From Selaginella moellendorffii (taxonomy: Eukaryota > Plantae > Lycopodiophyta), in NCBI RefSeq assembly GCF_000143415.4, contig NW_003314340.1, positions 317,951 to 381,950 on the forward strand: DNA of 64,000 bases, written 5' to 3'. Positions 25,286-35,562 of this stretch are shown one piece after another. The notes under the pieces are model-generated. The model saw nothing but the letters and a program-made list of their open reading frames with translations, did no database searches and was not told where the DNA came from. How positions within the stretch are numbered: the stretch's first letter is position 1; the number at the start of each line of letters is the position of its first letter. A program made the position numbers and the translations under genes.

Positions 25286-25640
25286 TCTGAAAGTGTAGAA
25301 AAGAAGTTAAGACCATACAAAAAATGATTGGAGAATGGCCTAAATCATAACATACCAAATAGCATGAGGCCACATGCCATTATTCAAACATGCTATTGAC
25401 ACCCACGTGAAATTTCACATTCACAAAATTGGCATGAGGCCTCATGCCATCTTGATATACACACAGCTGCAGGCAAGTAAAAACATATATGACAATATGC
25501 TAGCCATGAAATTGCAAGGGCCCAAGATGGCATGTGGCCTCATGCCATTTCTAAATGTGGTCCTAAGCCATTCCATGGTGAACATACCAGGAAGCACAAG
25601 TGCCGAATATCAAGAGGAAGCAGTAGCCACACCAAAGACA

Positions 25641-25765
25641 GTGCCGCTCGCAACACTGCAACTACTCGTAGCGCCGCTCGCAACACCACAACTGCTCGTA
25701 GCGCCACTCGCACAAACTGCCACTCGCATAAACTGCCGCTCGCAATGGCGCTCGCAATGCCGCAA
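25641..25765. repeat. 30-bp tandem repeats decaying into GCC(G/A)CTCGCA units, upstream of the transposase
   Basis: gtgccgctcgcaacactgcaactactcgta / gcgccgctcgcaacaccacaactgctcgta / gcgccactcgca... Confidence 0.8.
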
Positions 25766-27845
25766 CCGCTTGTAGACGCATAAACCACAGCTCACAACGC
25801 CACTTACACAAGCAGCGCTCACTGCGCTCAGCGGAACCAAGAACACGGCGCACAAAAATGATAGACTTAGGAATGAGTTCAAGAATTCAAAAATAACACA
25901 CGCTTGAACGTCACATCAAATCCTCTGACAAACCAGATCTTATGATTCCTCTGACAAATTTCAAACTGAGTAGCTTCTAGACTTTGTTGTCAGAGGTTGA
26001 ACTTTGTCACATCATGTCCTTGCCTCGATCTAGCTGTGCTATGTCAGTGATTCGAACTTTGCCATGCCGTGTCAGCGATCCGCACCAAGATTATTCGCCG
26101 TGTAAAGGAATAATTATGCTGTGTGTGTACGTCCATTTATGGCAATATAAGGCCACACGCCATTCAAAGAATAATGCTAGTCGAGCATTTTTTGGTGCAT
26201 TTTTGGGTTCAAAATTGCATGAGCCCACACGCTATAAAGTTTACCTGTACCAAAAATAGAAACAACTTTATTTACTTGGGAATTTAAGTGGTTGAGGCAT
26301 TTTTAAATTTACAAACACATGCCCTACTTACATTCCTTTGGTTGCTTAAAATTCAAAAATATTATAAACCTTTCTTTTTGCATTTTCAATGTTTTCAATT
26401 ATGGTTTTTGATTTTCGCAGGACTAGCCTAGTAATCTATTTGCATCCCGTCATGTTTATAGCTAGCTTTCGTTTGTCCTCTTCACTAGCCTGAGATACAT
26501 CTGCTCGGCATCTGCCTCTTACAGCATTTGCCCAGAAAGGGCATCTTTCTTCACGCAGCATTTGCCACATGTTTAGGGTTTAGGGTTTAGCAATTCAGTA
26601 GCTTGATAAACATGCAAATACAGAACTTGATGCAAAATCCTTTGATATGTCACAATGCCCCTAGGACCATAAACACATTTCAATAGAGAGGGTCCTTTCA
26701 TTTCATAACTCCTTACGTAGATCTTGGTGAAACCAGAGTTAGTGAAGTTAGTTTCTTGTGATCCCGCATCTGATTGTGATGTCCCTTTGCAATGTCGATG
26801 GAAAGGTCAATGCACACCAAACTGTAGAATCTTGGAGCAAAATAACGGTCGGATCTATGGCAAATGCCCCTGAAACATTGTAAGGCTCGTGTGGTCTCAT
26901 GTCATGTCTTATCGAGATGCTTCTTTGCAGGGTCATCAAGAAGGACATTGTATACCATTCTTAAAAATCTAGTTGCGATCTAACGGTTGGATCTCCAGGA
27001 AACTCAAAACAATCTCGCACGTGTCAGAATATTCTAGGAATATACTCCTATGTGCCCCTGAAAATGGCATGCGGCCCCACGCCATTCAAGAGATAACACC
27101 AGATGATGCCGAGCATTTTTTGGTGCATTTTTTGGGATCAAAATTGCATGAGCCCACACGCTTGAACGTCACATCAAATCCTCTGACAATTTATTTAGCT
27201 GAACATCTGGCATTTTTGGAAATACAAGATGCTTTGGAATATCCAATCATGCATGGTATAAATATAGCGAGGGTATTAAATGATATCCCAATCATGATCT
27301 TTCTTTTGGATTTCGCATGCATGCAGTCCGAGGAATGATGACGTTGTGGATTTCTTTTGGATTTCACGTGCATGCATGCGCGCGGCAATCCAGAAATTAA
27401 TGGTGGCGCCCAAGTTCGAGGAATGATGACGTGGCGGGATTACCAACCGTCGTGACATTTCGCGCGTGTGAGGTTAGGTTTTGCATTTTGCTTCGTACTC
27501 GCGCTCGCATCGCGCTCCCACTCGCTATCACGCTCACATTCGTGCTCATCTACCTTCTTTACAGGTTTCTCGTGTGCATCGGCATCCACTCACGCTTGCA
27601 TCACACTCGCGCTCGCATCGCGCTCGTGTGCATCGGCGTCCACTTCAAGACACACCCAGTTTGTAACTTCACCGCCAACTCCGCCGCCCACTCCGCCACC
27701 CACACGCAGCCCACTTGGCGTCCCGGGAGATTTCAGCGCCACTCTCCAACTGTAAGTGGCAGAGTAGCCTTGCTGCTACGATCTGCTGCACACACAATGC
27801 ACATTCGCCAGCGAGTCCGGTTGTCACGCCTCCATTCGGCTTCAA

Positions 27846-30800
27846 ATGGTAAGTCTTTTAGGCCAAGTAGAATTTGGCATGAGGCCACATGCCATTCAGT
27901 AGCAACATTGGCATGCACCGATTGGGCTCTCGAGTGCAGTCCGGTTACAGATGGTGTGTAGCCTCACGCCATCTTAGGATGCAGCCTCAAGACATCTGAT
28001 GCAGTGGTGAATGGCGTGTGGCCTCACGTTATTTCCAGCTGCTAGCTTTTCATCTGTCAGCTCTAATTGTTGTGCATTTCTGAACAGGCGAGGAATTGCG
28101 TTTTTCTTCTAGCCACTGTCAATGTGGATGCAGAGAAGGGGGAGGAGCTCACCAGTTGGACTTTCGGGATGGAAGGCGAGGATTTGAGGCTGTACAACAT
28201 AGATGGTGGGAGAAAAGAATGCATGGGGATCCTCATCCAAGTGACAGACACTCCATGCAGTTCCATGCAAGAATATGGACTGGCACTTGTGGTAGAGACA
28301 GTGTCTGCCTTCAAGATCCACCTTGCACATCCTAGCGGCTTCCCGGAGGGGGGCAGTGGCTATGAGGAATTCCTAGAGGGAGCTAGGGAGAGGTTGTCCA
28401 GGAGGCCCACAATTTCAAAGACGCTGCGGGTCTATGAAGATCACATGGAATCCACGGACCTCACCTACGGCGATGTTCAAAAACTATATTCCAACATTGA
28501 GCCGTTGAGAGTGCCTCCAGTTCGCAAAGCAAAGGGGAAGGGGGTCAATCTGGAAACTACCCCGAAGCAAAAAAGGGTGGTCAAGCTCAAGCCGACGTCC
28601 GACTCTCCTCCAAAAAAGAAGCTACTCGGTGATGCCATTGCCTCGGGTTCGAACACTACACCCACCAAAAAGAAGAGCCGCAAAGAGCAGAAAGAGCAAG
28701 AAGAGGCAGCAAAAATTGTTCCAGATAATAGTACTTGTTACTATTCCAACAAAGTATATACAATCGACGTGAGCCGTATCGACATCCAAAGCAAATACAA
28801 CCATAGGCTAGTATCTGATGAGTGGGTGGAGAAACTGAAGCAGAAGATGCTGGCAAGTCCAATAACACCCGACATCGCAGACGTGATCCCCTACTACCGA
28901 ACAATGAAGGGCGAGACGAGGTTTCCAGACTTGATCAATAGGAAGGTGTTGGACGATCAGAACATCCGATTCTATGCCATCTTCGGGCAGCATTCTAGCT
29001 TGGCGATGCAAGAGATAGTTGTGGATATTATGGTGGGCGAAGAGGTGAAGAAAGTCTTCAAGACAAGAGTTGTCTGCCTGATAAAAGGCAACTCGCCCCT
29101 CCGATCTATCATATACATCTCCCACGCGTAGAATGTCAAGCAAGAAACGTGCTACAAATCGGGTCTGCACGAGACATTGGCACGAACACGGAAGCTCTGG
29201 GTTCAACTGAAGAAGCCACAAAAACCAGGACAAGGACGTGCACTAGCAACTAGCGCCTGGCAGGTAAGCCTTGTTGCATGTGGCATAGCATGTGGCCTCA
29301 CGCCATTTCCATTGCAGGAATTCTCGAGTCTTCTCTCGAAAACACTGGGGGTCAATGACACACTCAGCATCCATAACATTCTATTTGCGACAAAAGTTGT
29401 TTTTGACAAATGGGTAGATGTGCTGAGGAGGTACCATGACGGGGAGTTACTAAACTCAATGGGTGTGGAGGACGGCCGGAAGCCCAATGATTTGAAGCTC
29501 AACGCCTTGCGTTTCTCGCGGTCTCTAGACGACGACGACCTTCTGACAGTGGCTAATGCTCTTCTACGTGGTGAGGTAGTCTTCAACAAGACCAAAATGA
29601 CTCCCGGCCATATTGTGACATACGAGGACTTGTGCACGACTCTGAGAGCTCGTGCGCTATTGAAGGATTGGATCTTCGAGCAAGTGGCCGTGGAGAGGGT
29701 GAGCATCGACACCACGCAAGAGATGATGGAAGCGCTGGATTTGTCAAATGAAGACATCGACGAGTACGTGAAGGGGGCCCCCAAGTTCATTGATCTGCTG
29801 CGGGATGCCACAAAAAGTAAAGCTGAGAAGTTGGATCAGTATCCAAATTTCATTAAGAGGGATGTCGACCGCCGGCTTCAGAAACAGCTCGACCCCGCAG
29901 CAGGGGCCTATCGAGAACCTTACCGGGTATACTTGAATTCGGATGAGGATCAAAGGTGGAGGAGCATCGTTTCCCGTAGAGATGAGCAGGTCAAGAACAT
30001 CTTTTGTGTGATGGACTTCACAAACGAGGAGATCACTCATGCAGACGAAGTCAGCTCCATCATTGACTTAATGGTGGGACTTGCGGAGGTGGAATCTTCA
30101 GTCCACTATATGATCTACGACTCCGAATCCTATCACAAGTTCTGGAAGGCCTTGAACGAGGTGAAGGCTCGGTTGAAAGGCAAGGAGATGCGGGAGATCC
30201 ATGGGATAATGGCTAAGAAGAAGATACCGACAAATGTCCGCATCTTCACACTCGCCCTTGTTATTGGTTCTGCAGCAGAGTGGGACTGGAGTGACTTCCC
30301 AGCTTCGTTCGACAAGGCCGATCGAATTGATCTAAGGGAGGTCAATTTACCCGTGCCTGAGGAACTGAAGACGGCTATGGAGCTTTCGAATCCAAAGAAA
30401 GCTCCAGGTGCAGCATGGGAAATGCTCAGCTGGGTCTTCAATGCAATAGCGGGTGGGTCACCTGCTTCCGACTCCAAGGGCAAATACGTTGTCGAGTACA
30501 ACTGCGGCGGACTATTCTTTCGAGCCGCACTACTCAAGGGTGTCCCGTGTGTTGCGGTGACAAACTCCATTGAAGAGGTGACTTCAATGGAGCATATAAT
30601 TACAGTTGCCAAAGAAAAACAGTATCTTCTCTGCGAACCTGGTGAGTACGCACTTTAAGTTTAAATGTTATCTCACAAGCTCTGTATGCAGGAGCGTGGC
30701 CACCCCCAGATGCTGAAACGGCGTTAACAGCTACTGTTGAAGATACCCATGTTGGGCCGAGCTCACAACCTGCACAAGGTAAGGTCACGTGAGGCCTCAC

Positions 30801-33431
30801 GCCATATTCAGACACGAGGACTGAAAAGCGCACTGGTGGCGCGTCGAAGAAGGACAAACAGACAAGCAATAGGAAAAAAGGAGGTACAAATTATATTTGC
30901 AATGGCGTGTCTTCTCATGCCATTCCTTGCAGGAGACACTTCTTCAAAGGCAAAATAGGCAAGCATCAGCCAAGCTCAAACTGATAGTGGTCATAAAAAG
31001 CGAAAGCACGTTGGACAGTCGTCGGGATCAGAGGCGTTTGATTCAAAAAGGAAGAAGGGCAACAAAAAGATGATAGGTAATGCCTCGCGGTTATGGCGTG
31101 TGTGCTCATGCCATTCATTGCAAATCAAGGGCTGAGTGAAAGCAGGCAGTCACCACCTTCTGACTCAGATTCCTATGGCGGACTCCCCTTCCCCAATCTC
31201 AATGGAGAGGTACAATGGATGAGGGATGCTTTTCAAGTCAGGGCCACGTTTTTCTCATCTCGTCGTCTTCGAAGGGTGCAAGAATGTGCAGAAACCATGT
31301 TAAGACAGTCGGGTGAGGATACGGTCCTAGGTCACGCACTAAAACAGGCTATGGATGTCTTGTATTTTGAGATGGAAACTCGGCTAGATGATTTTCCCAA
31401 GATGGTCCTGGAAGAACAAGCCATCCAGCCTGAGCAGCCTATGGAAGAAATGCAGGAGGGGGATGAGGAGCCAGAGAAAGATAATGAGCAGGAAGAGCAG
31501 AAGGACAAAAAGGAGGACAAAGAAGAGGAGGACGAAGAGGACTTGGATGGTCCTCACAATGGTGACGATCACAATAACGACGACGACGTTGATGACGACG
31601 ATGGCCAGCCTGAGGTGGCCAAAGAGCAGCGGAGGAAGGTCATACAAGACAAACCATCAGGTAAATAATAGTACATCCATTCCTAACCTTTTACCATTTC
31701 TAACATTGTCCATGTAGGTCGTAGAGCAAATGGTAAGTAGAGATTATTCAATTGAATTAAGATACAAACTCTAGCCTTTAGTGTCGAGGAAGGATAGTGC
31801 CAAGCAAGGGTCGAAACGTATGTCCAATATTTCAGAATCAGCAGTGCGCCCAAGTGATATCGGTCCTAGTTCCTCAATAGCAGTTGATGGTAAATACAGT
31901 ATAGTCGATTCAATATGCTAATGAGTTTATTTTTAGTAGCATGGGAGGATACCATCTCAATCGAAGGGAGATATTTGGATATGCATATGGATCCGCTAAT
32001 GGACTCTACTTGCCTGCAAGAGTCATTAGAGCTGGTGGAGGCTACTATCCATATCAACGCCAAGCAAGCTGACCACGCTCCACTTGATGTTGCCCATACC
32101 ATTGAGTCAATCTTGTCCACGTATCCAACTGACGGTGACCAGGCGCCATTGGACCCGCATGAGGCCGCCCCAGCCGCCGAGCCGGTCGTATCCTCATTTC
32201 CAACGGACTCAACGTGTGCCTAATCGTTTGACTACGCGCCGTTGGAACCTCCCTACACCGCCCCTACTGCTTGTTCGGTCATGTCCACTTTGCCAATGGA
32301 GGCACCAGCTGAAATGGCGTGTGATCACACGCCATCGGAACCACCCCATGCCACTGTTGAGCCAGTTGTACCAGAGTCTACAGCTGAAATGGCATGTGCC
32401 CACACGCCATCGGATGCGATTGACCCCACATTGCAGAGGAGAGTATTTCCGCCCTTCACGTTTCCTCGACCAAAACCCTCTCAACGACCATCGGGAGCAC
32501 CATTCGCTAATATTGTAGATGGTAAAATTGACTTGTACCATTTTTTATACTGACGCATTTCATTTCAGAGTCACGGCGAAGGTACTGTATCGTTTTTTAT
32601 CTGAACAGTGTCCTTTTCTCCCATGAGCGTGGCTCGTCCTTGAATGTCACTGCACCCTCCAAAGCCTGCGGTCGCAAGTTGGTCAAAAGAGACAGATTCA
32701 CATTAATCACACGGGAGAAACTGCGGGATCTAATAATGACCATGCGACACTTAAAACAGAGGGCCGGGTTCAATTTGCAATTGGGAGTTTGGACATCCAT
32801 GATGCGCCACAATGCATTAACGTTGCTACAGATGATGCACGATCAGACGCGAGTAATATTACCATTTGACTTTCTCCTAACGCAGAAGGATTGCTTGACT
32901 ATGGTCCATGTGAGGGGTAGCAAGCCCATCTTCGTCAAGCCAGAGGCTGTAGTGATGAATCGGACTGCTAGGTCAAGTGAAATCCTCATCATCAATGACT
33001 CGCCGATTAAAACTGCAGCGAACACGCACACATATGCAGTGCACCCCATCTCTTGCAGTATGGAAACTAGGGAGAAGAAACCGTATGTTCTGGGGGACCT
33101 TGCAAAACGGCTTGGAGCGATGGTGATAGAGAACCGGCCAGTCCAGGAGGTGGCTGCAGAAATCAACCAAATGGCAGATGGAACGGTATATCAGAAGCCA
33201 TTTGATCGGACAGACACCAGTCATCATTTATGGCATGTATATTGTCTAGCCAAGCACTATCCGCATCTCCATAATCTGCTCAACCGGATGGGTTCTTCGA
33301 CCACTGAACATGAGCGTGGACGTATTAGAGAAGAGATGGCATTACTATTGGGTTTAAATCCTGATAGTGTGGAGAGTGATGAAATTCCAAGATTATTGTA
33401 TAGGCGTTGGAGGCAAAAAATAATAGTCTGA
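27846..33431 (+). pseudogene. Large spliced cargo gene of element B (~1650 codons): ParB/Srx-like + N4/N6 MTase-like + acidic/disordered linker + FCP1-like HAD phosphatase
   Basis: ATG 27846-48, intron 27849-28087, then in-frame exons. Introns 29264-29317, 30642-30691, four phase-1 linker introns, and 32522-32568. Motifs: YTIDVSRI..NHR..FYAIFGQHS; CVMDFTN; KYVVEYNCGGLFFRAALLKGVPCVAV; CIVFYLNSVL, GVWTS, LIINDSPIK. Four in-frame stops (29129, 30790, 30956, 32221) and one CAG>CAA acceptor at ~31123. Confidence 0.75.
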
Positions 33432-33875
33432 GATGGCATGTATTTATTTAAAAATGTAACTTATTATGGCATGGGGTTCCATGCCATTGTATTAATATTA
33501 AAAGACAATTCTTTGAGAGGATTTGCATTATACTAGAAGTGTTACAGCATGTTATTGGAAGTCTACGAAGTTGTTTTATTAATAAGGGGAAAGTAAAGAT
33601 TGAATGGGGACTTGGGCTCCACCTAGACTCGGAGCAACTGAGTCAATATTAAAAGGATGGAAAGAAATTGGACGACGATGACAAGGAGAAGAGAGAGGTG
33701 AAGCAGTGGTAGGGGGAGGAGAAGTGATTAAGTAGACATTTCCTTGTTTAAAATAAAATGGCATGTGCCTCAATGCAGTTGAATTTTGTTATATTTATAT
33801 ACTATATAAAGGTTTGGAAACCTTATTTTACAAGTGGGATAATGACAATTCCCACTTTAACGAAATAGAGCTTGT

Positions 33876-34168
33876 ATAGAGTACAAATTTAAAGAAGTGA
33901 CAAGAATACTCCTTTTGAAAACATTTTATTTTATATTCTAACAAATGTCCCTATCATTGCATGTAGTAAATATTTAAATTATTAGAACAAAAAGTGTTCT
34001 TTAGAACATTTTTATCTATATAATATATAGAGAGTTATTAAATTATTAGGTTCACCATAACCTTAAAATTTTAAAATTTATAATGTTTGTACTAAATTAC
34101 AATTAAAAATTGAGCTCAACTCGTGAGCTCAACTTTTCAACTCGTGAGCTCAAGTATGGTCCGCGCCC
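33876..34168 (-). repeat. Terminal sequence of element B, inverted copy of 8456-8729
   Basis: Direct comparison of reverse complements. Confidence 0.95.
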
Positions 34169-35175
34169 CCACACAGCAAGAGATAGAACCTACTGTCAAA
34201 GTCTAGTCAACACTCAGCACCCTGTGTCCCAATCTCTACACTCTACACCCATGAATTCACCTGTAAAGAAAGTAAAAAACTTACCATCCTGATGACCATG
34301 CAGATCTGCCACAATGAGAAGCATGTAAGATGCTCCTCTAATGCCAGTGGCTGAGAAACTACATACCAAGCAATTCTTTTGTTAAGTTCAGAGCATAAGA
34401 AAGTGAAAACTTTCAATGGGATTCTCAGGAGCAAAGACACCACAAAGTATCGCAAAAATCAAATCAGGAAAAGAACTAAAACAGCAAGAAAAGATCCCAA
34501 GAGTTGAAACATGCCTCTTTGGTGCCTTGTGCCTCTACGCCCAACACTCATCTCTGGCCAGTGTCAAGTGCTTGGCACCACTATCAGCACCTCTACCTTG
34601 CATGCCCTAGTGCCTTGCTCAACACTCTAATGCAGTCTCTGCTCAGCCAGCCCTCTCTCAACGCCTTCTGCTTGCCCAGCTTTTGCCAGTGCCTTAGTGC
34701 CTTGTTGAGCACCCTAGCACATTCCTAGCTTGGTGCCTCCTCTTAGTGCCTCTGCCAGCGCCTTAGGCCACTCTCTCACACCAGCGCCTCACTCCGCTAA
34801 GTGCCTCTCTCTCAACACCTTTGCCAGTGCCTCGGGGCTAGTCTTCACGGTCAACACTTTGTAGCACGACATCCAACAGATGAACACTGTGTTCCAGTCG
34901 AGTGGCGTGTCTAGATTCTGCAACACCTTGCTCCACAGCCAGGAGGATGATCGATCCTGCTCCAGTGGCTAGATCTTCCTAGTGGGCTTAGGCTGCTACT
35001 GCTGCTCGAGTGATCTTGATGCCCAGACGATAGGCGCAGCCACACTTAACACATGTGTATGCGCCATGTGTTGCAGTGCCTTCCTCTCTCGCCCCACACA
35101 GTTTGGCTGCCTCCCATTGGCCAGGAGCAAACATCAGTGTGATTATTCGCTAACATGTGGTTACAATTCCTATCA

Positions 35176-35223
35176 GATGGCTGCAATTGGTTGGATCCGG
35201 TGGCCCAGAAAGTTCAGCAACTC
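35176..35223. repeat. Dispersed 48-bp repeat, probable transposon end; second copy at 52465-52512
   Basis: gatggctgcaattggttggatccggtggcccagaaagttcagcaactc vs gatggctaccattggctggatccggtggcccagaaagttcagcaactc. Identity stops abruptly after ...CAACTC. Confidence 0.7.
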
Positions 35224-35562
35224 TTCCTTATTATGATAGATTTGACTAAATGAGATTGTGCTGTACAAAGGAATTCATCTGCAAATCTCTGAGAGTATCA
35301 GAGATGCTGAGTTTGATTGCGGGATTTGATCCAAACAAGATATCCTTAGCTGTAATGCAGTTGTCCCCATAAAACACATTATTCATTTATTAATCTATTC
35401 ATTCTAGCAAAGTTTTTATTATATCCTCTCTCACAATTTACCTCAGCTAAGTTTTTACGGTAAATCTAAATGAAATATGGTGGGAATCAGAAACTTCTAA
35501 TCAAAATCTTTATTCTGTACATTTGATTAAATGATATATGAGATTGTGCTGTACAAAGGAAT

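Larger units (their letters stand above)
21644..33779. repeat. Dispersed 22-bp palindrome, consensus ATGGCRTGWGGCCWCAYGCCAT, ~24 copies
   Basis: Copies start at 21644, 21960, 22049, 23465, 23522, 25359, 25429, 25527, 26142, 26214, 26884, 27064, 27143, 27874, 27951, 28011, 29285, 30784, 30902, 31093, 32314, 32389, 33466 and 33758; some are degenerate. Tandem half-sites CACGCC(AT) at 22110-22150. Confidence 0.9.
21640..34168. mobile_element. Element B: Sola-like DNA transposon with a large cargo gene; right terminus present, left terminus not found nearby
   Basis: Intact Sola-like transposase, divergent cargo gene, element-specific 22-bp palindromes from 21644 to 33779, and a terminus ...GGTCCGCGCCC at 34168. 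The left boundary is the first palindrome, so it is a minimum. Confidence 0.7.

Noticed and set aside
13484-33431. Bacterial or phage contamination explaining the ParB and MTase motifs
   Set aside because: Both genes have multiple GT-AG introns and lie inside eukaryotic transposons contiguous with plant genes.
21644-33779. Palindromes as a CRISPR array or REP/MITE insertions
   Set aside because: Spacing is highly irregular (tens of bp to over 1.8 kb), there are no TSDs, and copies sit within introns and codons.
8456-34168. A single 25.7-kb TIR element called as a firm feature
   Set aside because: There is no convincing TSD for this pairing. The better TSD pairs 8456 with 18688, so this is kept only as an alternative model.
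34500-34860. AGTGCCT-rich low-complexity stretch
   Set aside because: There is no regular period or coding signal; it is likely degenerate TE sequence.
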